From an uncultured Acidobacteriota bacterium (GTDB taxonomy: Bacteria > Acidobacteriota > Vicinamibacteria > Vicinamibacterales > UBA2999), in contig CAWAYR010000018.1 in NCBI GenBank assembly GCA_963786365.1, forward strand, positions 596,078 through 660,077: a stretch of 64,000 bases of DNA, read 5' to 3'. Shown one piece after another: positions 1 to 12,176 of the stretch. The notes beneath the pieces were generated by a model. That model ran no database searches. It saw only the letters and a program-made list of their open reading frames with translations, and had not been told where the DNA came from. The position numbers were made by a program, and so were the translations under genes. Each line of letters starts with the position of its first letter. The first letter of the stretch is position 1.

Positions 1-55
1 GGCCGTCACGCTGCCAGCAGAGATCGGCATCCTGATCAGTTCGACATCTGGCTCC

Positions 56-83
56 AGCCGCTAGCCGCTAGCCCCTAGCCGCT
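56..83. repeat. Heptamer tandem array, 4 x AGCC(G/C)CT
   Basis: agccgct-agccgct-agcccct-agccgct read directly, just downstream of the rpsA stop. Confidence 0.85.
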
Positions 84-89
84 GACTCG

Positions 90-1868
<1,779 letters not shown>

Positions 1869-2031
1869 TGACGTGCGCGTCCTCCTGACGTTCAAATTTG
1901 CCGGTCGGGGTGAGCGGGGGCCGGCGCCCCGCGAGTGTCCGCCGGAGGAGCCCGAGGGTTCCCGTCGGCGTAACCAACAGAATTTACGTCAGTTACAGTT
2001 CCGGTGTCAAGGAATCCCGAGGGGACGCGCC

Positions 2032-2876
2032 ATGGCAAAGAGAACCGCTGTGAGGAAGAAGAAAGCCGCCAAGGCGCCCGTGCGCCGTGCCGCGGCGACG
2101 AAGGCCTCCCGGAGACGCGCGGCCAAGAAGGGCGCGCGGAAGGCCGCCGGAAAGAAGGCCGCGCGTCCGCGCCCGGCCAAGAAGAAGGGCATGGCGAAGG
2201 CGGCGAGCCGAGCCGCGGCCAGGACCCGGACGGCCGCCAGGCGCCCGGCCAGGAAGGCCGTCGCCAAGGCTCGGCCGAGCAAGAAGACCGCCCGCAAGGT
2301 CGTCGCCAAGGCCAGGACCGTAGCGCGACCGCCGGCGAAGAAGGCGACGGTCAAGAAGGTCACGGCCAAGAAGGTCAGCGGCCAAGAAGGCCCCGGCGCG
2401 CGCGCTGGCGGCCACGAAAGCGCGTCGCGGCCACCCCCAAGGCCGCGCCGGCCAAGACGCCCGCGGCCAAGGCCGCAGCTCGAAAGCCGCCCGGTCTCGA
2501 CCGCGAGCGGCGCACCGTCGGCGAGCCGGAGATGGTGCCGACGCCGCCGTCGAGCCTCGTGCCCGGCCACGCCAGTGCCGCCCGATCCGGCGCCGACGAA
2601 CTGCGGGTGAAGCTCGCCACACACACCGGGACTGGGCCGGCCCTGACGGCCGGCGACGTCGACGCCGACTGGGGTGCGGCGGAAGCGGTCGGCGACGAGG
2701 CGCCGGGCGGCGACAACCCGACGCCCGATCAGGACGTGGTCGACGAGATCGGCCGGGCGCTCGGCGTCGAGTACGACGACGACGAGGAGCTGCAGGGCGG
2801 CGACGAGATCGCCGGGCGCGATCGCGATCGCTGGGAGCTGGATCCGGCGTCGTCGGACGATTTCGACGAACGCTAG
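2032..2876 (+). CDS. Histone H1-like Lys/Ala/Arg-rich N-terminus fused to an acidic DUF6335-like C-terminal domain (frameshift near 2380-2440)
   Basis: MAKRTAVRKKKAAK... in one frame continues into PALTAGDVDADW...GGDNPTPDQDVVDEIGRALGVEY...RWELDPASSDDF in another. Confidence 0.75.
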
Positions 2877-3016
2877 GCAGGGCCCGGGACTCAGGTCCCG
2901 GCGGCTCGGGACGAACGGAGCCGGCGATCACGCTGTACGCCGGCGCCGGGCCGTGTTTCGTGTACGGCAGCTCGCCGACGTCAGCTCGATCCCGAGACGC
3001 CGAGTCCGCGAGTCCG

Positions 3017-3680
3017 CTAGCCCCGGCCTTGTCGCGCACGAGCGCGCACCACCTGCGCGACCACCTGCTCGATCGGCACGCCGGTGGTGTCGATGTAGAC
3101 CGCGTCGGCGGCCCTGATGAGCGGCGAGACGCTGCGGCTCGAGTCCGACTTGTCGCGGGCCGCCAGCCCCTCGGCAACGTGGGCGACGTCCGCGCCGCTT
3201 CCGGCGTGGGCGGGATCGGCCGCCCGGCGCCGGGCCCGCTCTTCGGGCGACGCGTCGAGATAGACCTTCACGTCGGCGGCCGGGAAGACGACGGTGCCGA
3301 TATCGCGCCCTTCCATCACCACCCCGCCGCCCTGTCCCAAGGCGCGCTGCCGCTCGACCAGCGCCGCCCGCACCTCGGCGATGCGGGCGACGGCGGCCGA
3401 GGCCATGTCGATCTCCGGCGTGCGAATCGCCTGCGTGACGTCGTGGCCGTCGATGCGCACCGCGCCGTCGCTGACGTCGATGCCCGACTCGCGCGCGATG
3501 CCGGGCGGCGTCGCCGGAGGCGTCGAGCCGGCCGCGACGCTGCACGACCATCCAGGCGACCGCCCGGTACATCGCGCCGGTGTCGACGTGCGTGTAGCCG
3601 AGCGCGAGCGCGGTGGCACGCGCCACGGTGCCCTTGCCCGCGCCCGAGGGTCCGTCGACGGCGACGATCAGGCGCTTCAC
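3017..3680 (-). CDS. cmk: Cytidylate kinase (frameshifted)
   Basis: [15 protein letters not shown]-loop, [33 protein letters not shown] motifs spread over two frames. Confidence 0.93.
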
Positions 3681-3707
3681 AACCGGTCAGTGTAACATGC
3701 GCCCCCG

Positions 3708-4919
3708 GTGCTGATCGCCCGCGCGCTGCGCGTCTGGCTCGTCGTCGTGGCCGTGGTCGCCGCTGCCGGCTACGCCGCGCTGCCCTATGTCGACGCCGCG
3801 GCGTTCATCGTCCGCGCCGCCAACCTGACCGACGGCTTTGCCGGGCGCGTCGCCGCGTGCGCGGGCTCACGCCGTGACGCGGACCGATCTGCCGCCGATC
3901 CCGACGCGACACGGCGCCGTACCGGCGCGGCTGTTCCGCCCGGCGCGCTTCTCGCGCACGGTCGCTGCTCGCGCCGGGCGTGCACATGGACGGCATCGAC
4001 GAGACGCGGCTGGTCGGCATGGCCGAGGATCTCGCCGCCACCGGCTACGCCGTCGTCACCGTCGCGCCGCCCGATCTGCGTCAGTTCCGCATCACGCCCG
4101 AGAACACCGACGTGCTCGAGGACGCCGCGCGGTGGCTGGCCGGCCGCGCCGACCTCGCGCCCGACGGCAGGGTCGGCCTGATGGGCATCAGCTTCTCCGG
4201 CGGCCTGTCGATCGTCGCCGCCGGGCGGCCGGCGCTGCGCGATCACGTCGCCTTCGTCATGTCCTTCGGCGGCCACGGCGACCTGATCCGCGTGATGCGC
4301 TACCTGTGCTCGGGAAAGGCGCCGGCGGCCGATCCCGGCGCGGCGGCGGCCGACATCACCGGCATCGAACACCTGTCCGTGCATCCACCGCACGACTACG
4401 GCGTCACCGTGGTGCTGCTCACGTTCGCCGATCGCGTCGTGCCGGCCGCGCAGGTGCAGCCGCTGCGCGACGGCATCGGCATCTACCTGCGCGCCTCGTC
4501 GCTCACGCTCGTGGATCAACAGCTGGCCGAGGCGGAGTTCGCGCGGGCACGGGAGTACGCGGCGACGCTCGACGAACCGGCGCGTACGCTGATGACCCAC
4601 GTCAACGACCGCGCGGTGGACAAGCTGGGCCCGCTGCTGCTTCCCGATCGTCGACGGCCTCGACGACCACCCGAGCGCGCCGTCGCTGTCGCCGGAACGG
4701 GCCCCGCCGCCGGCGGCGCCGGTGTTCCTGCTGCACGGCGCCGACGACACGGTGATTCCCACGGTGGAAACGGTGCTGCTCGCCCGCTACCTCCACGGGC
4801 GCACCCCGGTGCGGGCGCTGCTGAGCGGCCTGATCACCCACGCCGAGGTCGATCGGTCGGCGGCCGCTGCCGACGTCTGGCAGCTGACGACCTTCTGGCG
4901 CGAGCTCATGAAATACTAG
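3708..4919 (+). CDS. Alpha/beta-hydrolase fold protein with N-terminal membrane anchor (frameshifted)
   Basis: GISFSGG nucleophile-elbow-like motif; FLLHGADDTVIP and ITHAE acid/His motifs. Confidence 0.7.
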
Positions 4920-4928
4920 GCTCGCGCC

Positions 4929-4956
4929 GGGGACTGGGGGCTCGGGGCTCGGGGCT
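4929..4956. repeat. Heptamer tandem array, 4 x (C/G)GGG(G/A)CT
   Basis: ggggact-gggggct-cggggct-cggggct immediately after the hydrolase stop. Confidence 0.85.
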
Positions 4957-4999
4957 GCTCACGGCGTCACGCTGCACCAAGAACGCGTCCTCCCTGCCG

Positions 5000-5994
5000 A
5001 TGCCACGCCGTCCCGCTGCCCCACCGTCACCTGCGCCGTCGCGCCGTCGCCGTCACGGCGTCCCGCCTCGCCGAAGCCACGGCGGACCGCGCCTCGCCCG
5101 GCGGGCACCGACGGTGGCCGAGTCTCGCGGCCTGCGTCGTGACGATCGGGCGCCGCACGACCGGCTGAAGTCGAAGCGGAAGCGGCGCGCGTCCGGCCGC
5201 CGTCGCCCGGACCGGCGCCGTCGCCGCGGCCGGGCCCGGCGTCCGGGCCGATCGACGACGACCGTCCCGGCGCCATCCGGCTGCAGAAGCTGCTGTCGAT
5301 GGCCGGCGTCGCCTCGCGGCGCACGGCCGAGGTGCTCATCGCCGAGGGCCGGGTCACCGTCAACGGCGCGATCGTCGTCACGCTCGGCGCCAAGGCGGTG
5401 CCCGACGTCGACGACGTCAAGGTCGACGACCGCCGCGTCCGGCCGGCACAGCGCGCCCGCTACATCCTGCTCAACAAGCCGCGCGGCTACGTCACCACCC
5501 GACACGACCCGGAGGGGCGGCGCACGGTGCTCGACCTGCTCGGCGGCGTGCGCGACTACGTCTATCCGGTGGGACGGCTCGACTACGACACCGAGGGCCT
5601 GCTGCTGCTCACGAGCGACGGCGACCTGGCGGCGCGGCTCACCCATCCCCGCCACGAGGTGCCGCGCGTGTACGAAGCGATCGTCGCCGGCGCGCCCGGC
5701 GACGACGCCATCGACGAGCTGCGCCGCGGGGTCTTCCTCGACGGGCGGCGGACCGCCGAGGCCGGCGTCACGCGCGGACAGACGATGGGCAAGGGGCGCG
5801 AACAGACGACCAAGCTGGTGCTGACGCTGTTCGAGGGCCGCAACCGCCAGGTGCGCGAGATGTGCGCCCGCATCGGCCACCCGGTGCGCACGCTGCAGCG
5901 CGTCAGCCTGGGCCCGCTGTCACTGCGCGGCCTGCCGGTCGGCGCCTGGCGCGACCTCACGGCGACAGAAGTCGCGGCGCTTCGCGACTACTGA
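5000..5994 (+). CDS. rluB: rRNA pseudouridine synthase, RsuA/RluB family, with Arg/Pro-rich N-terminal extension (start approximate)
   Basis: RLQKLLSMAGVASRR S4 domain, LNKPRGYVTT, VGRLDYDTEGLLLLT, EGRNRQVR; adjacent to scpAB. Confidence 0.85.
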
Positions 5995-6707
5995 CTACTG
6001 GTCTTCGGCGCCGGGCGACGCGGCCGGGTTCGTCGCCTTCTTCGAGCGGCAGCATCTCGTCGCTGATCGGCTTCTCCATCAGCAACGCCGGCGGGTCGAA
6101 GCCGAGCGCCTGCACCATGTCCTCGATCTTCGGCAGGTCGTTGAGATCCTTCAGCCCGAAGCGGATCAGGAACTCCTTGGTCGTGCCGTAGAGGAACGGC
6201 CGGCCGACGACGTTCTTGCGGCCGACGATCTTGATCAGGTGCCGCTCGAGCAGCGTCGACAGCACGCCCGAGGTGTTGACGCCGCGGATCTCGTTGGCCT
6301 CGGCCGCCGTCACCGGCTGGCGGTAGGCCACGACCGACAGCGTCTCGAGCGCCGCCACCGACAGCTTCGACGCGCTCCGCTCGTGGAACAGCCGCCGCAC
6401 CCAGTCGTGCAGCTCGGGCCGGGTGGTGATCTGGAACCCGCCGGCCAGCTGCGGCCAGGTGCAGGCCGCCGGGCCGTTCGTAGTCGGCGGCCAGCGCGTC
6501 GAGCGCCGCCTGCACCTCTTCTTTCGGCTCGTCGGCCAGCAGCTTGAAGAGCATCCGGGTGGTCAGCGGCTCGGGTGAGGCGAACACCAGCGCCTCGACG
6601 ATCGCCTTGAGCTGCGCCAGGTCCAGGCGCGGACGGGCCGCGTCGTCGGCTGGCGCCGGGTCGGCGGGTGCCGAGTCGGCGTCTGGTCGTCGCATCTCGT
6701 CGCTCAT
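5988..6707 (-). CDS. scpB: SMC-Scp complex subunit ScpB (frameshifted)
   Basis: KAIVEALVFASPEPL; LSVAALETLSVVAYRQPVT...IRGVN...GRPFLYGTTKEFLIRFGL. Confidence 0.93.
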   Translation of the reverse strand: MSDEMRRPDADSAPADPAPADDAARPRLDLAQLKAIVEALVFASPEPLTTRMLFKLLADEPKEEVQAALDALAADYERPGGLHLAAAGRRVPDHHPARAARLGAAAVPRAERVEAVGGGARDAVGRGLPPAGDGGRGQRDPRRQHLGRAVDAARAAPDQDRRPQERRRPAVPLRHDQGVPDPLRAEGSQRPAEDRGHGAGARLRPAGVADGEADQRRDAAARRRRRTRPRRPAPKTSSQ

Positions 6708-7657
6708 CCGCGTTCGTCCTCGTCCTCGTCGTCGTCCGGGTCAGCGTCCTCGTCGCCGGCGGGTTCGTCGTCGAACACCGGCGCCGAGGGCGGCGGCACC
6801 GCGGCGGCCCGGGCCGCGGCATGGTGCGCGTTGTACTCGTCCTCGGGGTCGTGGATCGGGTGCGGCGCGTCCTTGGGCCGCGCCCGCTTGTAGATGCGAA
6901 TCGCCCCGGCGCCCTGCTGGAACACCCGCACCAGCTTCAGCCGGATCATCTCCAGGATCGCCAGGAACGTCACGATCAGGTCGCCGCGCGACGCGACGTC
7001 CTCGAACAGGTCCTCGAAGCCGCAGGCCTCGGTCTCCGACAGCCGCTCCAGCAGCTGCTCGATCCGCGTCTCGATCGAGATCTGCTCCGGCGGCAGCGGC
7101 ATCGACGGCTGGTCCTTCGAGCGCTCCAGCACGCGGCGGAACGCGGCCAGCAGCCCGAAGAGGTCGACGTCGAGCTCGGGCTCGACCGGCTCGCCGGCAA
7201 TCGCCTCGACGCGGGCGTCGGGCCGCGTCCACTGGGCGCTGCGCAGCGTCTCGCGCTCGTGCAGCAGCTCGGCCGCCGCCTTGAAGCGCTGATGCTCGAC
7301 CAGCCGCCGGACCAGCGCGTCGCGCGGGTCGATCTCCTCGTCCTCGACGCCGGCCGCCGACTCGGGTCGCGGCAGCAGCTGCCGGCTCTTGATGTGGATG
7401 AGCGTGGCGGCGGTGACCAGGAACTCGCTGGCGACGTCGAGGTTCAGCTCCTGCATCAGGTTCAGGTACTGCAGGTACTGCTCGGTGATGAGCGCGATCG
7501 GGATGTCGTAGACGTTGACTTCGTTCTTCTTGATCAGGTGCAGCAGCAGATCGAGCGGACCCTCGAAGCTCTCGAGGCGCAGCGTGATCGCGTCGAGCTG
7601 CGACTCGAAGCCTTCGGCCGCCGACCGTTCGCCCTGTTTGTCCGAGGTGTCGCTCAT
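6704..7657 (-). CDS. scpA: Segregation and condensation protein ScpA
   Basis: FEGPLDLLLHLIKK, ASEFLVTAATLIHIKSRQLLP, IVTFLAILEM. Confidence 0.95.
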   Translation of the reverse strand: MSDTSDKQGERSAAEGFESQLDAITLRLESFEGPLDLLLHLIKKNEVNVYDIPIALITEQYLQYLNLMQELNLDVASEFLVTAATLIHIKSRQLLPRPESAAGVEDEEIDPRDALVRRLVEHQRFKAAAELLHERETLRSAQWTRPDARVEAIAGEPVEPELDVDLFGLLAAFRRVLERSKDQPSMPLPPEQISIETRIEQLLERLSETEACGFEDLFEDVASRGDLIVTFLAILEMIRLKLVRVFQQGAGAIRIYKRARPKDAPHPIHDPEDEYNAHHAAARAAAVPPPSAPVFDDEPAGDEDADPDDDEDEDERG

Positions 7658-7673
7658 GGTCGTGCGCCGTCTG

Positions 7674-8666
7674 CTAGTAGCGGAGCTTCATCGCGGCCCG
7701 CACCCGCTCCATGGTCTCGATCGCCACGAGGCGGGCCCGCCTCGAGCCCTCGACCATCACCTCGCGAAGGTAGCCTGGCCGGGCCAGTGCCGCCTCCCGC
7801 CGCTCGCGGATCGGCTCGAGCATCAGGTTGATCGCCGCCGCCAGCTTGGTCTTGACCTCGACGTCGCCAACCTGGCCGGCGGCATAACGGGCCTTCAGGT
7901 CCTCGACCTCGTCGCGGTTGCGGTTGAAGGCGGTGTGATAGGTGAACACCGGGTTGCCCTCGACCGTGCCGGGGATGTCGGCGCGCACCCGCTTCGGGTC
8001 GGTGTACATCTGCCGCACCTTCTTCACCACCGTCGCCGCGTCGTCGGAGAGGTCGATGGTGTTGGCGTAGCTCTTGCTCATCTTGCGGTTGTCGAGCCCG
8101 GGCAGCCGCGACGTCGAGGTGAGCATCGTCTCGGGCTCGACCAGCACCTCGGCGAAGATGTTGTTGAAGCGGCGCACCACCTCGCGCGACAGCTCGAGGT
8201 GCGGCGCCTGGTCGTCACCCACCGGCACGAAGTTGGCGTCGTACATGGTGACATCGGCGGTCTGCAGCAGCGGATAGCCGAGGAAGCCGATGCTGCCCAG
8301 GTCGCGCTCGGTGAGCTGATCGATCAGCTCCTTGTAGGTGGGCACGCGCTCCAGCCAGGGGATCGGCGTGACCATCTGCAGCAGCAGGTAGAGCTCGGCG
8401 TGCTCGGGGATCATCGACTGCACGAAGATCGTGCTCCGCTCGGGATCGATGCCGGCGCCGATCCAGTCGGCAAGATTGTCGACCGCGTTGGCCGTGAGCT
8501 CCGAGGTGTCGTTGAAATGGCTGGTCAGCGCGTGCCAGTCGGCGACGAAGTAAAAGCAGTCGTAGTCGCGCTGCAGCGCGACCCAGTTGTCGAGCGCGCC
8601 CGCCAGGTGCCCGAGGTGCAGCTTGCCCGTCGGGCGCATGCCCGACACCACGCGTTTCCTGGTCAC
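7674..8666 (-). CDS. trpS: Tryptophan--tRNA ligase
   Basis: SGMRPTGKLHLGH (HIGH-like), VPVGDDQ, KMSKS. Confidence 0.96.
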   Translation of the reverse strand: MTRKRVVSGMRPTGKLHLGHLAGALDNWVALQRDYDCFYFVADWHALTSHFNDTSELTANAVDNLADWIGAGIDPERSTIFVQSMIPEHAELYLLLQMVTPIPWLERVPTYKELIDQLTERDLGSIGFLGYPLLQTADVTMYDANFVPVGDDQAPHLELSREVVRRFNNIFAEVLVEPETMLTSTSRLPGLDNRKMSKSYANTIDLSDDAATVVKKVRQMYTDPKRVRADIPGTVEGNPVFTYHTAFNRNRDEVEDLKARYAAGQVGDVEVKTKLAAAINLMLEPIRERREAALARPGYLREVMVEGSRRARLVAIETMERVRAAMKLRY

Positions 8667-9296
8667 AGCAGCCAACCGAGCAGGAGGTCGGTACAGCGGA
8701 CCGACAGGGTCCGGACAGGCGCCCGGAGAGCATCAAGCGCGTAGAGCACGATGAATGCCGTACGGGCGCAGGCGTTCCACCACGCCGCGCCGCCGGCGCC
8801 GGCAGCACGCCGATGAGGACGTTGCCGCCGTCGAGCGGCGGGATCGGGCAGCATGTTGAAGACGGCCAGGAGCACGTTGAGGCTGACGAAGCAGCAGCAC
8901 GGCGTAGCCCGAGCAGCGCTCGCGCCGACATCGCCGCGGCGTACGGACGCCAGACCGACGGCGCCGATGACCGCCATCGAGCAGGTTGCTGGCCGGGCCG
9001 GCGGCGGCGACCAGCGCGAAGTCACGGCGCGGCGACTTCAGGTTGCGGAAGTCGACCGGCACCGGCTTGGCCCAGCCGATCAGCGGCAAGCCGGTCGTGG
9101 CGGCCAGCAGCGGGAACAGCAGCGTGCCGATCGGATCGATGTGGGCCACCGGGTTGAGCGTCAGGCGGCCGAGCCGGCGCGCCGTCGGATCGCCGAGCTG
9201 GTTCGCCGCCCAGGCGTGCGCCGCTTCGTGCACCGTGAGCGAGCCCACGAGCACGGCGAGCGAGAGTCCGATCTGCAGGAAATCCAGGTCCGCCAA
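8663..9296 (-). CDS. Site-2 protease family (M50) membrane metalloprotease (frameshifted)
   Basis: HEAAH zinc motif, [29 protein letters not shown]. Confidence 0.88.
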
Positions 9297-9360
9297 AGCG
9301 CATCAGCGTACCACAGCGCCACCGGCTCGCGCAGCCGTCGCGCGCGGCTGCCGCGCGCGA

Positions 9361-11304
9361 TCAGGCCGAGGTCGCGGCGCGCGCGAAGTGGTTGAGAATC
9401 GCGTCGGCACAACGCTCGCCGACCAGCGGCACCAGGTCTTCGCGCGTCGCCCGCCGCACACCGGCGACGCTGCCGAAGCGGCGCAGCAGCGCGTTGCGGC
9501 GCCGCGCCCCGACGCCGTCGATCGTGTCGAGCTCCGAGGCGAAGTCGCGCTTGGCCCGCGACTTCCGGTGGAAGGTCACGGCGAAGCGGTGCGCCTCGTC
9601 GCGAATGCGCTGCAGCAGGTGCAGCGCCGGCCCGGTCCGATCGAGCGCGATCGGCTCGTCGTGATCGCGGGTGAAGACCAGCTCTTCCTTCTTGGCCAGG
9701 CCGACGGCGACGAGGTTCGAGAGCCCGACCCGCTCGAGCGCCGCGTACGCCGCCGACAGCTGCCCTTTGCCGCCGTCGATGACCAGCAGATCGGGAAACG
9801 GTCCGCCGGCCTCGACCACGGCCGCGTAGCGGCGGCGGACCACCTGCTCCATCGCCGCAAAGTCATCGAGAAAGCGGGGCTCGGGGCTCGGGACTCGGGG
9901 CTCGGGGACGGGGCTACGGGACTCGGGCGGGCGGGATGCGTCGGCCAGCGCGACGGCGGTATCGGGGTCGTTGGCAAGCGCCCTTCCCGAGTCCCGGGCC
10001 CCGGGTCCCGAGACCCGGTACTTCCGATACTCCCCCTTCGCCATCTGCCCGTCCTCACAGACGACCAGCGACGCCACGGTCTCGCTGCCGTGCAGGGTCG
10101 AGATGTCGATGCACTCGATGCGGCGTGGCAGCGCCGGCAGCTGCAGCGCCTGCTGCAGCTGTTCGAGGGCGGCGGCCTGGGCGACTCCGCCGTGCTCATG
10201 GCGGGCGCGATACGACAGCTCGGCGTTGCGGGTGGCGAGGTCGACGAGCCGACGCCGGTCGCCGCGCTGCGGCACGACGATCCGCACCTTGCGTTCGGCC
10301 CGCACCGACAGCCACTCCTCCATGACGTCGGCGTCGTCGACCGGCGCCGGCACGTAGATCTCGCGCGGCGGCATCTGTTCCTCGTAGAACTGCTGCAGCG
10401 CCGCCGCGACCACGGCGTCGGGACCGCCGGCCACCTCGTGGGCGTGACTGAACAGCGTCACCCGCTCGACGACCCGTCCGCGCCGCACCTGGAACACCTG
10501 GATCACCGCCCCGCGGTCGCCGACCATCACCCCGAACACGTCGCGGTCGCCGAGCTCGGCGGTGGCCATCTTCTGCTGCCGCGCGCCCAATGCCTGGACG
10601 ACTCGCATGGCGTCGCGGTGGTGCGCCGCTTCTTCGAAGCGCTCGGCGTCGGCCGCCGCCCGCATCCGCGTCTCGAGCTCGCCGGCGAGCTCGTCGTTGC
10701 GGCCTTCGAGCAGGAAGCGCACGTCGCTCACCGCCTGGCCGTAGCGGTCGGGCGAGCACAGCTCGGCGACGCACGGGGCCAGGCAGCGCTTGATGTCGAA
10801 CTCGAGGCACGGGCGCGGACGCTTGCCGGTGATGACCTCGCTGCACGACCGCAGGCCGAACAGCTTGTGGCTGAGCGACATCGTCCGCCGGGCGAGCGTC
10901 GCCGGCAGGAACGGCCCGGCGTAGAGGTCGCCGTCGCGCGCCACCTGGCGGGCGACCAGCACCCGGGGAAACGGCTCGCTCAGCGTCAGCCGCAGGTAGG
11001 GGTAGTTCTTGTCGTCGCGGAGCAGGATGTTGTATTTCGGCGACCGGCGCTTGATCAGGTTGTTCTCGAGCGCCAGGGCTTCGACCACCGAGTCGGTGAC
11101 GATCACCTCGAGCGAGGTCACCTCGTCGAGCAGCGCATCGGTCTTGGGGTTGCTGCCGTAGGCGCCCAGGTAGGTCCGGACCCGGTCGCGCAGGGCCCGC
11201 GCCTTGCCGACGTAGATCGTCTGGCCGTCGCGGTTCCCATACAGATACACTCCCGGCTGCTCGGGCAGGCGGGCGATCTGTTCCTTGAGATCCTGAATGG
11301 CCAT
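9361..11304 (-). CDS. uvrC: Excinuclease ABC subunit C, carrying an in-frame repeat-derived insertion
   Basis: LPEQPGVY...YVGKA GIY-YIG domain, RIECIDIS, DLLVIDGGKGQL, RDEAHRFA, C-terminal HhH. Confidence 0.96.
   Translation of the reverse strand: MAIQDLKEQIARLPEQPGVYLYGNRDGQTIYVGKARALRDRVRTYLGAYGSNPKTDALLDEVTSLEVIVTDSVVEALALENNLIKRRSPKYNILLRDDKNYPYLRLTLSEPFPRVLVARQVARDGDLYAGPFLPATLARRTMSLSHKLFGLRSCSEVITGKRPRPCLEFDIKRCLAPCVAELCSPDRYGQAVSDVRFLLEGRNDELAGELETRMRAAADAERFEEAAHHRDAMRVVQALGARQQKMATAELGDRDVFGVMVGDRGAVIQVFQVRRGRVVERVTLFSHAHEVAGGPDAVVAAALQQFYEEQMPPREIYVPAPVDDADVMEEWLSVRAERKVRIVVPQRGDRRRLVDLATRNAELSYRARHEHGGVAQAAALEQLQQALQLPALPRRIECIDISTLHGSETVASLVVCEDGQMAKGEYRKYRVSGPGARDSGRALANDPDTAVALADASRPPESRSPVPEPRVPSPEPRFLDDFAAMEQVVRRRYAAVVEAGGPFPDLLVIDGGKGQLSAAYAALERVGLSNLVAVGLAKKEELVFTRDHDEPIALDRTGPALHLLQRIRDEAHRFAVTFHRKSRAKRDFASELDTIDGVGARRRNALLRRFGSVAGVRRATREDLVPLVGERCADAILNHFARAATSA
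9875..10018. repeat. Inverted pair of heptamer arrays inside uvrC
   Basis: About 7 x CGGG(G/A)CT at 9875-9927 and about 4-5 x G(T/C)CCCG(G/A) at 9986-10018, the reverse-complement orientation. Confidence 0.85.
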
Positions 11305-11356
11305 GGGCTACGCTAGAGCCGGTTTTCCACGACTGCGCGCCTCTTCATCTTAGCTA

Positions 11357-12082
11357 ATGACCTTCACCGGGTTCATCGGCGCGGCCTGCATGCTCCCGCT
11401 GCGCCTGATCATCAGCGCCAGCGTCGCTCTCGGCATCCATCCCAACGTCCTGACCCTCATCGGGGTGCTGGTCAACGTGTGGGCGGCGTGGGCGCTGGCC
11501 GTCGACCGCTTCGTGCTGGCCGGCGTCATCATGATCTGCGCCAACATCTTCGACTTCATCGACGGCAAGGTCGCGCACATCACCGGCAAGCAGTCGGAGT
11601 TCGGCGCCTTCTGGGACTCGACGCTCGATCGCTTCTCGGATCTCGCGCTCTTCACCGGACTGATCTGGCTCTACTCGTCGCTCGGCCGCGAAGGCTACGT
11701 CCTGGTCGCCACCGCCGCCCTCATCTTCTCGATCATGACCAGCTACGCGCGGGCGCGGGCCGAGTCGCTGATCGAGAAGTGCAAGGTCGGCTTCATGGAA
11801 CGGCCCGAGCGGATCGTGCTGTTCATGATCGGCGCGTTCACCGATCGCATGGCCGGCGTGCTGTGGGTGATCCTCACGCTGGCCGTGGTGACCGTGGCCA
11901 ACCGGATCTACTACACCTATCTCGAGCTGAACCGGCTGCCGATGCCGTCGACGAGCGGGCCGCTCGGCGATCTTCTGGCGCTTCTTCTTCTGGCGCGACG
12001 AGCGGGCCACGCTCCCCTACGACGTCTGGGTGATCGCCATCCTCGCGTTCGTCTGGCTGACGCCACCGGACTGGCTGCGTGA
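11357..12082 (+). CDS. CDP-alcohol phosphatidyltransferase family protein
   Basis: HPNVLT, DFIDGKVA...SEFGAFWDSTLDR signature, SYARARAE. Confidence 0.9.
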   Translation: MTFTGFIGAACMLPLRLIISASVALGIHPNVLTLIGVLVNVWAAWALAVDRFVLAGVIMICANIFDFIDGKVAHITGKQSEFGAFWDSTLDRFSDLALFTGLIWLYSSLGREGYVLVATAALIFSIMTSYARARAESLIEKCKVGFMERPERIVLFMIGAFTDRMAGVLWVILTLAVVTVANRIYYTYLELNRLPMPSTSGPLGDLLALLLLARRAGHAPLRRLGDRHPRVRLADATGLAA

Positions 12083-12176
12083 CCCCACCGCCTCGGGTCT
12101 CGGCCTGCTCGGTTACGTGCTGCGCTAGCCGGCGCCGCCGGCTACGACCAGACGATCTTGCGCTGCAGTTCCGCCG

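Noticed and set aside
9875-10018. uvrC insertion as an intein or self-splicing intron
   Set aside because: Too short, lacks intein terminal motifs (C-terminal His-Asn) and is built from heptamer repeats.
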